A DNA stretch of 64,000 bases from NCBI GenBank assembly GCA_963650795.1, contig CAVJMX010000002.1, forward strand, positions 7,150 through 71,149, in the 5' to 3' direction. The stretch's first letter is position 1. Every line of letters begins with the position of its first letter. A program made the position numbers and the translations under genes. This document shows, one piece after another, positions 49,166 through 59,744 of the stretch. Under the pieces are notes generated by a model that was not told the origin of the DNA, made no database searches, and saw only the letters and a program-made list of their open reading frames with translations. The stretch comes from Bacteroidales bacterium H4 (GTDB taxonomy: Bacteria > Bacillota > Clostridia > Lachnospirales > Lachnospiraceae).

Positions 49166-50074
49166 GTGAGCACGAAGCATGTGACTGTAACAAGAAAGCA
49201 CAAAATGGACAAAAGAGTAAGAAAGCTGAAGAGAAGCTCGGGACTGTTTATAGCCCCAAGCTTTCTCGGCGTACTGGCTTTTTTTGTGCTGCCTTTTATG
49301 GTCGTTATCTTTTATTCTTTTGTGGATAATCCGATCAGTCTGAATTTTGTTTTTCTGGATAACTATAAAAACGTGATTCATAATGCAGCATTTCGCACAG
49401 CAGTGCATAATACTGCGGTATTTTCAGCAATGGCTGTTCCGCTGGCAGTATTGTTATCCTTACTCCTGGCAATGGTTCTGGAGACAAAGCTGCCGTTTCG
49501 CAGTTATTTCCGGACATTTTTTTTAAGCCCGATGATGGTACCTGTAGCATCTATAGTGTTGATCTGGCAGGTATTATTTCATTATAACGGAGCTGTGAAT
49601 GATATGCTGTCTGTCTTTGGCATCGAGAAGATCGACTGGCTGAAGTCGGAATATTCTATTTTTGTTATTGTGATTCTTTTCCTGTGGAAAAATCTTGGAT
49701 ATAATATGATTCTGTTTATGGCAGCATTGGCCAGCATTCCGCAGGATCAGCTGGAGGTGGCAAGGCTTGAGAGCGCGACACCGTTGCAGACTTTTTTCTA
49801 CATTAAGATAAGGTATCTGTCTTCGACTTTTTTATTTGTTACGATTATGTCCCTGATCAGTTCTTTCAAAATATTCAGGGAAATTTATCTGCTGACGACA
49901 GACTATCCGTATGACTCTATCTATATGCTGCAGCACTTTATGAACAATAAGTTCAAGAGTCTTGATTATCAGACACTGTCTGCAGCTGCCATGTTGATGT
50001 CACTGGTGATGGTTGTGATCATAGGACTGTTGTTTGCAGTGGAGGATCATTTCGGAAAGGATGTGGAAGGCTGA
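49166..50074 (+). CDS. Carbohydrate-type (CUT1) ABC permease, MalF-like
   Basis: WKNLGYNMILFMAALASIP..LEVARLESA (EAA loop). Confidence 0.92.
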   Translation: MSTKHVTVTRKHKMDKRVRKLKRSSGLFIAPSFLGVLAFFVLPFMVVIFYSFVDNPISLNFVFLDNYKNVIHNAAFRTAVHNTAVFSAMAVPLAVLLSLLLAMVLETKLPFRSYFRTFFLSPMMVPVASIVLIWQVLFHYNGAVNDMLSVFGIEKIDWLKSEYSIFVIVILFLWKNLGYNMILFMAALASIPQDQLEVARLESATPLQTFFYIKIRYLSSTFLFVTIMSLISSFKIFREIYLLTTDYPYDSIYMLQHFMNNKFKSLDYQTLSAAAMLMSLVMVVIIGLLFAVEDHFGKDVEG

Positions 50075-51024
50075 TGAATGAACCGGTGCGCAGACCGCAA
50101 TCGCCTGAGCTCAGAAGAATATCCAACAGGAAAAAAGGTAAAATCATTCGTGGAAAGATCAGAATTGGCATTGCCACTGTCATAGCGGCAGCATTTGCAA
50201 TACTGTTTCTTATGCCGATAGTACTGACGATTACCAACTCGTTTATGGCATCCTCGGAAATAGCGTCCAACTACGGTTCTATATTTGCGACAAATGATAA
50301 GGGCGGTAAGGTATATATTTCTAAAAAAGTGAACCTGAAGTTCATCCCGGATATGGTTTCCTTCAGCCAATATGCGACAGTGCTTCTGAAAAGTCCGGAT
50401 TATTTGCTGAAATTTTGGAATTCAGTAATACTGGTCGGACCGATTGTAGTGTTCCAATTATTGGTGGCATCTCTGGCGGCTTATGGATTTGCCAGGTATA
50501 AGGGGAAATTCAGATCCGTTGTATTTTTTATGTACGTCATCCTGATGCTGATGCCCTATCAGGTGACACTGGTTCCGAATTATCTGGTGGCGGAATGGAT
50601 GAAGACCCTGAATACCTATTGGGCGATCTGGCTTCCCGGTATTTTTTCTCCTTTTGCTGTATTTCTGCTGACAAAGTATATGAAGAGAATTCCGGTAGGA
50701 GTTATGGAGGCTGCGCAGATAGACGGTGCAGGTGAATGGCAGATTTATCGAAAAATATGTATGCCATTGTGCAGAGGGGCTATCTGTTCCGCAGCGATAC
50801 TTATATTTATAGATTATTGGAATATGGTGGAACAGCCACTGATTCTGCTGACGGATACGGAGAAACATCCATTGTCGGTATTCCTGAGCAAGATCAATTC
50901 CGGAGAAATCGGACTTGCCTTTGCTGTGGCTACGATCTATATGGTGCCCAGTCTTTTAGTATTTTTGTACGGAGAAGAATATCTGGTAGACGGTATTACT
51001 TACCAGGGTGGAGTAAAAGGATAA
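50074..51024 (+). CDS. Carbohydrate-type (CUT1) ABC permease, MalG-like
   Basis: EAAQIDGAG EAA loop; FIDYWN; TGATG coupling. Confidence 0.93.
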   Translation: MNEPVRRPQSPELRRISNRKKGKIIRGKIRIGIATVIAAAFAILFLMPIVLTITNSFMASSEIASNYGSIFATNDKGGKVYISKKVNLKFIPDMVSFSQYATVLLKSPDYLLKFWNSVILVGPIVVFQLLVASLAAYGFARYKGKFRSVVFFMYVILMLMPYQVTLVPNYLVAEWMKTLNTYWAIWLPGIFSPFAVFLLTKYMKRIPVGVMEAAQIDGAGEWQIYRKICMPLCRGAICSAAILIFIDYWNMVEQPLILLTDTEKHPLSVFLSKINSGEIGLAFAVATIYMVPSLLVFLYGEEYLVDGITYQGGVKG

Positions 51025-51073
51025 TGTGGGCGTTTGCTTTCATATTAACAGTGATAAGGAGAGGAATCGGAAG

Positions 51074-52801
51074 ATGAACGAGAACGGTGGTAAGAAGAAA
51101 AGAGACTGGGTGAAAAATGCGGCAATTGTTTTCCTGTCGGTTATGCTGGTGCTGACTTTTTTCTCTAACACATTTATGAATTATTCTCTGCCGGAGGTGG
51201 CAACACAATATGTGCAGTCCGGAACGATCACAGCAAAGATCAGGGGAACCGGTACGATAGAGAGCGGAGATCCTTACAATGTGAAGATCAGCGAGACCCG
51301 TACTATTTCCAGCGTTCTGGTGAAGAACGGTGATAAGGTGGAAAAGGGTGATGCACTTTTATTGCTGGAGGATAAGGAGAGCAAGGAACTGACAGATGCC
51401 CAGACCGCTTTGGATAAGGCAATGTTAGATTTTGAATTGTCTCTTTTATCCGGGGATATCTCTAATACAGCTTATAATAATGTACAGAGCGGACAGGTGT
51501 CGTCGGTGGCTTCATATCAGAGCCGGATTGTAGCAGCAGAGGCAGAGATCGACAAATGGCAGAAGCAGGTGGATGAAGCACAGACTGCCATTAACCAGCT
51601 TAAGACTGCACAGGTAAATGTAGATGCCGGCGGAACTCCCGATACCAGCTCTGAGCAGGCAAAGGTAGCAGAGGCTCAGGCTGCACTGAACAGTGACTGG
51701 GTGAAGATTGCAAAGGATAAAATCAGTGAGTGGCAGTCTGAAAAAGCTGCCTGTGACGCCACGATTGCCAAGTATAATGAAGGAATCGTAATCTCTGTAT
51801 CCGGTAACGATGAATATACCAATCAGGTGTCAGAAGAAGAGTATAATATTGCGGTAATGAACAGTGCAACTTATCAGAGACTGATTGAGGAAAAACAGGC
51901 ACAGATCAATGCGGATGCGGCTGCTGTGACAGCATACAATAATAAAGTCAGTGCACTGGCGGAGGCTAATAAGAAGCTGACAGAGAAGCAGAACAGCAAA
52001 GACAGTGCCACTGGCTCCCTGACGGTACAGACACAGAACTGGCAGAATGAGCTGGACAGCAGAAATGCCAAGCTGAAGGCGGCACAGGATTTCAAGACAC
52101 AGCTGCTGAAGGACATCTCCAGTGAATTGAATCTGGATTATCAGCTGGACAGTCTCCAGAAACAGAGAGATGAGATTGCCAAATTGCAGCAGAATGCAGT
52201 GGGTGCAAGCATCGATGCTCCTATTTCCGGTACGATTACAAGCGTAACCGTGAAAGCCGGAGATGAGGCACAGCCGGATACGGTACTTGTGACCATGCAG
52301 CCGGAAGGCAAGGGCTTTACACTGAGCTTCTCCGTGACGAACGAGCAGGCAAAGCGTGTGGCAGTCGGCGATAAGGCAGAGGTCGTGAATTCCTGGAATT
52401 ACAGTGACCTGAATATTACATTGACGAGCATCAAACCGGATACAACGGATCCGAGTAAGAAAAAGCTGCTGACCTTTGATGTATCCGGCGATGACATTAC
52501 GGCAGGTCAGACTCTGAATATATCCGTAGGACAGAAGAGTGCAAATTATGATCTGATCGTGCCCAACAGTGCCATCCGCGAGGATAACAACGGTAAGTTC
52601 ATTCTGATCGTGGAATCCAAGAGCAGTCCGCTGGGTAACCGTTATGTTGCTACCCGTGTGGACATCGAGGTACTAGCCAGCGATGATACACAATCTGCCA
52701 TAAGCGGCGGACTCTACGGATATGAGTATGTGATCACGACATCCACCAAACCTGTGGAAGCCGGCAAGCTGGTACGACTGGCAAATTCAAATAGTAATTA
52801 A
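51074..52801 (+). CDS. Membrane-fusion/adaptor protein (MacA/YknX/HlyD-like) with long coiled coil
   Basis: N-terminal TM; split lipoyl motifs VKNGDKVEKGDALL and IDAPISGTI..VKAGD; VPNSAI. Confidence 0.85.
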   Translation: MNENGGKKKRDWVKNAAIVFLSVMLVLTFFSNTFMNYSLPEVATQYVQSGTITAKIRGTGTIESGDPYNVKISETRTISSVLVKNGDKVEKGDALLLLEDKESKELTDAQTALDKAMLDFELSLLSGDISNTAYNNVQSGQVSSVASYQSRIVAAEAEIDKWQKQVDEAQTAINQLKTAQVNVDAGGTPDTSSEQAKVAEAQAALNSDWVKIAKDKISEWQSEKAACDATIAKYNEGIVISVSGNDEYTNQVSEEEYNIAVMNSATYQRLIEEKQAQINADAAAVTAYNNKVSALAEANKKLTEKQNSKDSATGSLTVQTQNWQNELDSRNAKLKAAQDFKTQLLKDISSELNLDYQLDSLQKQRDEIAKLQQNAVGASIDAPISGTITSVTVKAGDEAQPDTVLVTMQPEGKGFTLSFSVTNEQAKRVAVGDKAEVVNSWNYSDLNITLTSIKPDTTDPSKKKLLTFDVSGDDITAGQTLNISVGQKSANYDLIVPNSAIREDNNGKFILIVESKSSPLGNRYVATRVDIEVLASDDTQSAISGGLYGYEYVITTSTKPVEAGKLVRLANSNSN

Positions 52802-52834
52802 GACGAATTAAGACGGAAGGCAGTAGGAAACAGT

Positions 52835-53968
52835 ATGTTGCAGATGCGGATTCCAAATAAAAAGAAATTCATATTGGCAGGCAGTGCTGTACTGGCGTTA
52901 CTCTTTGCTCTGCTGCTTCAATTGTGGGTGCAGTACATTGCGGATCATCTGGAGGATCAGCAGATGGCTGCCCGTTGGAGTGATAATGGCGACGTGGCAC
53001 AGGTGAGCTGTTTTTTCTCTCCTAATGCCGAGGTGACTACGGATACGATCCTGAGTTTTGAGTACACGTTAAAAAATGTGCTTAAGGAGGCATCTATTGA
53101 GGCAAATACTGATAATGCAGATGCCAGGCTCTGGGTGGATGCATACAGCGCAGACGGTAAGATTACACTTGTAAATGGGAAAAATTCCCTGGAGGCAGAC
53201 GCTATCGGCATCGGTGGTGATTTTTTCCTGTTTCATCCCCTGAAGCTGCTGAAGGGATCGTATTTTTCAGGAAATGATCTGATGCAGGATTATTGTATTA
53301 TTGATCAGGATGCCGCATGGCAGCTCTTTGGATCCAACGATGTGGTAGGAATGACGGTAGACATTGGCAATGTACCGCATATCATTACCGGTGTGATTGA
53401 ACGGGCACAGGGACATATGGAGAAGGCAGCCGGACTGGATTCCACTGTTGTATATGTATCATATGAGACATTGAACACTTTGGGAACGGATAACGGAATC
53501 AATCATTATGAGATTACAATGCCGAATCCTGTCAGTGGCTTCGCACTGGATAAGGTGAAAGCCAATATCGGTGTGGATGATAAAAATATAGAGGTTGTAG
53601 AGAACAGCAACAGATATTCGCTTGTGAACCGGCTGAAAACGCTGCTGGAGTTCGGAACGCGCTCCATGAATGGAAAGGCAATTATTTATCCTTATTGGGA
53701 AAATATAGCAAGGGGATATGAAGATATAGTTGCATTACTTACATTGTTTATGATATGCTCTATGCTGTATACAGTGACCGTTATCTTGTGCCTCTTTATA
53801 GCATGGTGGAAGCACAAGACCTGGACTGTGAAAGGTATAGGGATATATGTCGGCGACAAGCTGGAAAGAAGAATGGAACGCCGCAGGGCAGAGAGACAGA
53901 ACGGATTTCACATAAGGAACATATTACAGAAAAAAAGGAGGAGTAAGAATGAAAAGGATAACTCGTAG
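52835..53968 (+). CDS. MacB-like periplasmic-core-domain membrane protein
   Basis: TM, LLKGSYF...CIIDQDAAWQLFGSNDVVGMTV..ITGVI, second TM; full FtsX C-terminal TM domain not seen. Confidence 0.75.
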   Translation: MLQMRIPNKKKFILAGSAVLALLFALLLQLWVQYIADHLEDQQMAARWSDNGDVAQVSCFFSPNAEVTTDTILSFEYTLKNVLKEASIEANTDNADARLWVDAYSADGKITLVNGKNSLEADAIGIGGDFFLFHPLKLLKGSYFSGNDLMQDYCIIDQDAAWQLFGSNDVVGMTVDIGNVPHIITGVIERAQGHMEKAAGLDSTVVYVSYETLNTLGTDNGINHYEITMPNPVSGFALDKVKANIGVDDKNIEVVENSNRYSLVNRLKTLLEFGTRSMNGKAIIYPYWENIARGYEDIVALLTLFMICSMLYTVTVILCLFIAWWKHKTWTVKGIGIYVGDKLERRMERRRAERQNGFHIRNILQKKRRSKNEKDNS

Positions 53969-56393
53969 ACTGATTAGCACCACAGTTGTCGGAGCATTGA
54001 TGTTGGGCCTGGCAGGCTGTGGCACCGGAACCGGTGATAATGGTGGCAGTTCCGGCGGAAACAGCGGTACACAGAGCAGTGTAGCCAGTACATCAAAGGA
54101 AGGTGTGTTTGAGGAACAGATACTGGAACTGAGTGGTGATTCCAGTGATGATCTGACGATCCGCTATATTACGGTGCAGAATGACAAGGTTTATATAGTA
54201 TATGATGAATATAACTATGTAGGAAGCAACACGCTGAGTACGCCACAGATCTTCAGCATGAATACAGATGGTACGGAGCAGAAGAAGGTGGCTCTGACAT
54301 TGTATGGTGAGGACGAGGAGCCTATCCAGACCACACAGACGACTGAGACTGCAGAAACAGTCGAAGAAGGTGACGGAACAGATGATACAGATGATTACAG
54401 CTATGAGTCATTGACTATAAATAACTGTACCATGAGCACAGACGGTACTTTGTATGGTATCAGAAATTATACCCATACAAGCAACACGGAGAATATCAGT
54501 CAAGACACGGTCATGGCATGGGATACGGACGGCAATCTTCTGTGGGAGCAGCAGATAGATCCTCTCTCGGCAAATGACGGTTATTCTTACGTATGCCAGA
54601 TGGTACCTATGGATGACGGAACCGTGGAAGTCCTGATCCTGGGAGATAAGCAGCGCATTATGACGCTCCAGAAGGATGGAACTTTAGAGGATGGCAAGAC
54701 TATACCCGGGGGCGAGCAGGCACAGAACATATTGAGTAATATGTCTATCTCCATGGTGAAGGAGAATGGTGTTATCACGGTATGCTACTATGATACAGCC
54801 GATTCGAGCAAGATGTATTTAGCGGATATAGATCTGAACGCAGGAAGTGTATCCGAAGCCAAACAGGTATCCGATACACTTGCAATGTCCGGTATGTACC
54901 CGATGGTACCGGGGATTGACGGTAAAATCGGAGTTGGCACAAACGGGGAAGTGTGTCTGTATGATCCGGATACACAGGAGAGCACTGTGCTGATGAATTT
55001 TGTCAATTCCAATCTGAGTATTACCAATTTCAACGCAATGCTGATCCTGGATGAGCAGCATATTGTAGCAGCTTATTATGATGATGTGACATACAAAACA
55101 GTATGCGGACTGTTTACTTATGTGGACCCTTCGACGATCAAGGATAAACAGACAATTACTCTGGGCTGTGAATATCTTACCTATGATGTGCGGAATAAGG
55201 TGGTTGAGTTTAATAAAACCAACGATGATTATCGCATTGTTATCAAGGATTATACACAATATGACACAATGGATGATACTTCAGCAGGTATGACACAGTT
55301 AAACAATGATATTATTTCCGGAAAGATGCCGGATGTTCTGATCGTTAATACAGATATGCCGATGGACAGTTATGTTTCCAAGGGGCTGCTTGCTAATGTG
55401 GATGAACTGATACAGAAGGATGAGGAACTCTCCGGAGAGACTTTTCTGCAGAATGTCTGGGATGCTTATCGTGTTGATGGGAAACTTTATTATGTGATTC
55501 CCAGCTTTTATATCCAGACTTATGTGGGCAAGACCAGTATTTTCGGTGACCGTACTTCCATTACCATGAAGGAATTGGAGGAAATCGCTTCTTCCGTGTC
55601 TGACAGCACCAGCATTTTCGGTGCTATGACGAGAGACAACTTCCTGTATAATGTTATGAGCTATTGTGGAAACAACTTTATAGATGTATCTTCCGGTAAG
55701 TGCGAATTCAATACGGATGCGTTTGTGTCTCTGCTGGAATATGCCAAGACTCTCCCGGAAACCTATGAATATACTGACGATTATTGGAATGATTATGACT
55801 CCCAGTATCGTGAGAACAGGACACTGCTGTCAGGGGTTACGATCAGCAGTATCCGGGATATCAACTCTACATTGAACGGATCCTTTGGCGAGGACATCAG
55901 CTATGTGGGATTCCCGACAGATGGAGATAACGGTTCCGTGGTAGAGCATGGTACAGCCTTTGCGCTTTCTGCAAAATCAGATAATATTGACGGTGCATGG
56001 CAATTTGTGCGTTATTATCTCACAAAGGATTATCAGGATTCGGTAGCAACTGAGGATTACAATCTGCCGGTATTGAAGAGTGCCTTTGATGCACTTGCAG
56101 CTGAGGCAGTCAATAAGCCTTATTATCTGGATGAGAACAATAATAAGGTGGAGTATGATGAGACCTACTACAGCAATAGTGAATCTATCGTACTGCCGAC
56201 ACTGACGCAGACACAGGTAGATAAGTTAGTTGCATTCATTGAGGGTGTGAATAAGGCGTCTTATGCGAATGACGAGATTCTGAATATCGTTACAGAAGAG
56301 AGCGGAGCTTATTTCTCAGGACAGAAGAGTGCACAGGATGTGGCAGATGTTATCCAGAGCCGTGTACAGGTCTACGTAAATGAAAACAGATAA
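53949..56393 (+). CDS. Second large solute-binding lipoprotein, paralog of 46817-49120
   Basis: Lipobox LAGC; LNNDIISG.MPDVL; C-terminus TEESGAYFSGQKSAQDVADVIQSRVQVYVNEN. Confidence 0.85.
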   Translation: MKRITRRLISTTVVGALMLGLAGCGTGTGDNGGSSGGNSGTQSSVASTSKEGVFEEQILELSGDSSDDLTIRYITVQNDKVYIVYDEYNYVGSNTLSTPQIFSMNTDGTEQKKVALTLYGEDEEPIQTTQTTETAETVEEGDGTDDTDDYSYESLTINNCTMSTDGTLYGIRNYTHTSNTENISQDTVMAWDTDGNLLWEQQIDPLSANDGYSYVCQMVPMDDGTVEVLILGDKQRIMTLQKDGTLEDGKTIPGGEQAQNILSNMSISMVKENGVITVCYYDTADSSKMYLADIDLNAGSVSEAKQVSDTLAMSGMYPMVPGIDGKIGVGTNGEVCLYDPDTQESTVLMNFVNSNLSITNFNAMLILDEQHIVAAYYDDVTYKTVCGLFTYVDPSTIKDKQTITLGCEYLTYDVRNKVVEFNKTNDDYRIVIKDYTQYDTMDDTSAGMTQLNNDIISGKMPDVLIVNTDMPMDSYVSKGLLANVDELIQKDEELSGETFLQNVWDAYRVDGKLYYVIPSFYIQTYVGKTSIFGDRTSITMKELEEIASSVSDSTSIFGAMTRDNFLYNVMSYCGNNFIDVSSGKCEFNTDAFVSLLEYAKTLPETYEYTDDYWNDYDSQYRENRTLLSGVTISSIRDINSTLNGSFGEDISYVGFPTDGDNGSVVEHGTAFALSAKSDNIDGAWQFVRYYLTKDYQDSVATEDYNLPVLKSAFDALAAEAVNKPYYLDENNNKVEYDETYYSNSESIVLPTLTQTQVDKLVAFIEGVNKASYANDEILNIVTEESGAYFSGQKSAQDVADVIQSRVQVYVNENR

Positions 56394-56408
56394 GAAAAGC
56401 AGCAAGTA

Positions 56409-56846
56409 TCAAATGAGTCGGACAGGAATGCCCTGTTTTTTGAGATGCTCCGTAAGAGTCAGTTCGTGCCCGTGTTCCCTCAGCCATTGCTTATAGATAC
56501 GATATTCAGGCATAATGCTAGCTACCATATTCCAGAAATCTTTGGAATGGTTCATATGGGTCAGATGGCAGAGCTCGTGCACCACCACATAATCCAACGG
56601 CCCTGCGGGTCCGTAGATCAGACGGTAGTTAAAGGATAACGTCCCCCGTGAAGAACAACTGCCCCAGCGTGTCTTCTGATCCCTTATGGTGATGGATGTG
56701 TAATGCCCTCCGGTGAACCTGTGATAGTATTCCACCCGGTTCGTGAAGACTTCTCTGGCAGTATTCCGGTATCGGTTTTCCAAAGCCTGCAGTCTGCGGA
56801 TCTCCGCAGTAGTCAGAGGTTGATTGTCATAATATACAGTATTCAT
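56409..56846 (-). CDS. YgjP/M48-like zinc metallopeptidase, short form
   Basis: KTRWGSCS, YVVVHELCH (HExxH), NHSKDFW; start uncertain (56846 or 56909). Confidence 0.85.
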   Translation of the reverse strand: MNTVYYDNQPLTTAEIRRLQALENRYRNTAREVFTNRVEYYHRFTGGHYTSITIRDQKTRWGSCSSRGTLSFNYRLIYGPAGPLDYVVVHELCHLTHMNHSKDFWNMVASIMPEYRIYKQWLREHGHELTLTEHLKKQGIPVRLI

Positions 56847-56869
56847 AGATCCAATATACTGCGTATGGC

Positions 56870-56898
56870 TTGAAATGTAAACGAAGAAATTGTAGAAT
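56870..56898 (+). promoter_or_regulatory. Putative sigma-A promoter of thiN
   Basis: TTGAAA-N17-TAGAAT. Confidence 0.5.
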
Positions 56899-57032
56899 GT
56901 CCGTGACATCTGTTTTCGTGTAATGATGCCATGGTTGGATTGTGGGAGTGCGGAGCACAGAACAATCCGCAGGTATTCAATTCGGAGACCTGGGCAGGTG
57001 AGGGTGGCGTACAGGTTCAGAAGGGAGACACT

Positions 57033-57683
57033 ATGGGGAAATGTATTTTGATTGGTGCCGGAGATCTTACGATGGGAGAACTGATAGCAGCGGAAGATGA
57101 CTATGTCATTGCAGTGGACGGTGGGTTAAGCTATTGCGGGATCCTGAACGTTGAACCGGATCTGATCATCGGGGATTTCGATTCCGTCAGTGCACAGGAG
57201 AAGCTGGCAGTGGAGCAGTTACAACAGACTGTCCCGGAGAAAATCTGCCGGCTGCCGGAGTGTAAAGACGACACGGATATGCTGGCTGCCATCAAAAAAG
57301 GTCTGGAACTGGGCTATACCGATTTCCGCATCTATGCGGCGACCGGCGGCAGATTCGATCATACCCTGGCGAATATCCAGTGTCTGTTGTATCTGAAAAA
57401 TCACGGTGCGGTGGGGTATCTCGTAGACGGCACAGGAATGGTGCTGGTGCTTAAGAAGGAAGCTGTACATTTCCGGAAGGAGCTGGAAGGGACATTGTCT
57501 TTGTTTGCACTGACTGGGGAAGCGAAGGGCGTGACCATCCGCGGCATGAAGTACACCATGGAAAATGGGGTGATCACCAACGATTTTCCCATCGGGATCA
57601 GCAATGAATTCCTGGGAGAGGAAGCGGAAGTGTCCGTAGAGGACGGGGAACTGGTGTGCATGATCAGTTATTGCATGGATTAA
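57033..57683 (+). CDS. thiN: Thiamine pyrophosphokinase
   Basis: AVDGG, GDFDS, KDDTD, GGRFDHTLAN, GISNE. Confidence 0.94.
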   Translation: MGKCILIGAGDLTMGELIAAEDDYVIAVDGGLSYCGILNVEPDLIIGDFDSVSAQEKLAVEQLQQTVPEKICRLPECKDDTDMLAAIKKGLELGYTDFRIYAATGGRFDHTLANIQCLLYLKNHGAVGYLVDGTGMVLVLKKEAVHFRKELEGTLSLFALTGEAKGVTIRGMKYTMENGVITNDFPIGISNEFLGEEAEVSVEDGELVCMISYCMD

Positions 57684-57696
57684 AATCACAGGAAAT

Positions 57697-57749
57697 ATTG
57701 GAAACATCCACATTTACGTAGAAATATGTTAAATGTGGATGTTTTCAAT
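57697..57749 (+). terminator. Long hairpin after thiN (terminator or processing site)
   Basis: 20-bp stem ATTGGAAACATCCACATTTA / TAAATGTGGATGTTTTCAAT with inner stem and GAAA loop. Confidence 0.65.
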
Positions 57750-57819
57750 TAGAAATGAGTGTGCTACAATTAAGAACGTGCAGTAAGGCACAGCAAGAAG
57801 AAAAAAGGAGCAACAGACA

Positions 57820-59091
57820 ATGGGAATGACAATGACACAGAAGATACTTGCCCGGGCTGCAGGCCTTGAGCAGGTACAGGCAGGACAGTTGATCGAGGCA
57901 CAGCTGGACCTGGTATTGGGGAATGATATCACCAGCCCGGTGGCAATCAAAGAGATGGATAAAATGAAGGTGCAGGGAGTGTTTGACAAGGACAAGATCG
58001 CACTGGTACCGGATCATTTTGTTCCCAATAAGGATATTAAATCCGCGGAGCACTGCAAATGTGTCCGTGAATTCGCAAGACGCAATGAAATCACGAATTA
58101 TTTTGAAGTGGGAGAGATGGGTATCGAGCATGCCCTGCTTCCGGAGAAAGGACTTACCGTAGCCGGAGATGTGATCATCGGTGCGGATTCCCATACCTGT
58201 ACTTACGGTGCCCTGGGTGCATTTTCCACCGGTGTGGGCAGTACCGATATGGCAGCCGGTATGGCTACCGGCAAGGCATGGTTCAAGGTGCCTTCCGCGA
58301 TTAAGTTCAACTTAACCGGCAAGCCCTCCGAATGGGTCAGCGGTAAGGACGTGATCTTACATATCATCGGTATGATCGGCGTGGACGGCGCTCTGTATAA
58401 GTCCATGGAATTCGTGGGTGACGGCATTGCCAACCTGTCTATGGATGACCGCTTTACCATCGCCAACATGGCAATCGAAGCCGGTGGTAAGAACGGTATT
58501 TTCCCCGTGGATGAGAAAGCCATCGCTTACATGGAAGAGCATTCCAAGCGCCCTTATAAGGTATTTGAAGCAGATCCGGATGCACAGTATGATGCAGAGT
58601 ATACCATTGACTTAAGCACGTTACGTCCCACCGTGGCATTCCCTCATCTGCCGGAGAACACTCATACCATTGATGAGATCCACGAGATGGAGCCCATTGC
58701 GATCGATCAGGTAGTCATCGGATCCTGCACCAACGGTCGTATCGACGATCTGCGTACCGCAGCAAAGGTACTTCAGGGCAGACATGTAGCAAAGGGCATG
58801 CGCTGCATCGTGATCCCTGCGACCCAGTCCATCTACATGCAGGCCATGGAAGAGGGGCTGCTTAAGACCTTTATTGAAGCTGGAGCAGTGGTAAGTACCC
58901 CTACCTGTGGCCCTTGCCTTGGCGGATACATGGGTATTCTGGCAGAGGGCGAGAGATGCGTCTCCACCACGAACCGTAACTTCGTCGGACGTATGGGACA
59001 TGTAAAGAGCGAGATCTATCTGGCAAGCCCCGCAGTAGCGGCAGCCAGCGCCATCACCGGCAAGATTTCCTGCCCCTGTGAACTGAAATAG
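57820..59091 (+). CDS. leuC: 3-isopropylmalate dehydratase large subunit
   Basis: GADSHT, GSCTNGR, CGPCLG, STTNRNF. Confidence 0.95.
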   Translation: MGMTMTQKILARAAGLEQVQAGQLIEAQLDLVLGNDITSPVAIKEMDKMKVQGVFDKDKIALVPDHFVPNKDIKSAEHCKCVREFARRNEITNYFEVGEMGIEHALLPEKGLTVAGDVIIGADSHTCTYGALGAFSTGVGSTDMAAGMATGKAWFKVPSAIKFNLTGKPSEWVSGKDVILHIIGMIGVDGALYKSMEFVGDGIANLSMDDRFTIANMAIEAGGKNGIFPVDEKAIAYMEEHSKRPYKVFEADPDAQYDAEYTIDLSTLRPTVAFPHLPENTHTIDEIHEMEPIAIDQVVIGSCTNGRIDDLRTAAKVLQGRHVAKGMRCIVIPATQSIYMQAMEEGLLKTFIEAGAVVSTPTCGPCLGGYMGILAEGERCVSTTNRNFVGRMGHVKSEIYLASPAVAAASAITGKISCPCELK

Positions 59092-59198
59092 TATTCCACC
59101 TTGCAGCCCCTATCGCAGAATCAAATGCAAATGGGGATCTGAACAGTTATGATAAATTTAGTAAAAGAAATATATATGAAATAGAAAGGTAACGGAAC

Positions 59199-59693
59199 AT
59201 GAACAACGCAAAAGGAACGGTTTTCAAATTCGGGGATAACGTGGATACTGACGTTATCATTCCCGCAAGATATCTGAATTCCTCCGATCCCGCAGAACTG
59301 GCTACCCACTGCATGGAGGACATTGATAAGGATTTTATCAAAAATGTGAAAAAAGGTGACATTATCGTAGCGGAGAAGAACTTCGGCTGCGGCTCCTCCA
59401 GAGAGCATGCCCCCATCGCCATCAAGGCGGCAGGAGTCAGCTGCGTCATTGCAGAGACCTTTGCCAGAATCTTCTACCGCAATGCCATCAATATCGGGCT
59501 GCCCATCATTGAGTGTCCCGAGGCATCCCGCAAGATCAACAACGGTGACGAAGTCGAGATTGACTTTAATACCGGCGTGATCAAAGACCTCACCACCGGC
59601 GAGAGCTTCCAGGGACAGGCATTCCCTGAGTTCATGCAGAAGATCATCGCTGCAGAGGGACTGATCAATTACATCAACAGTAAAGAAGCTTAA
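59199..59693 (+). CDS. leuD: 3-isopropylmalate dehydratase small subunit
   Basis: [19 protein letters not shown]. Confidence 0.95.
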   Translation: MNNAKGTVFKFGDNVDTDVIIPARYLNSSDPAELATHCMEDIDKDFIKNVKKGDIIVAEKNFGCGSSREHAPIAIKAAGVSCVIAETFARIFYRNAINIGLPIIECPEASRKINNGDEVEIDFNTGVIKDLTTGESFQGQAFPEFMQKIIAAEGLINYINSKEA

Positions 59694-59709
59694 GAAAAAG
59701 AGATTAAGA

Positions 59710-59738
59710 AAAAGAGCAGCCTGTGGGACTGCTCTTTT
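59710..59738. terminator. Bidirectional terminator between leuD and the CDF gene
   Basis: AAAAGAGCAG-N9-CTGCTCTTTT between convergent genes. Confidence 0.85.
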
Positions 59739-59744
59739 CTGTGC

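Noticed and set aside
52796..52815. 10-bp tandem duplication AATTAAGACG at the adaptor stop codon (similar 13-bp repeat at 59690-59716)
   Set aside because: Short slippage-type duplications with no associated element.
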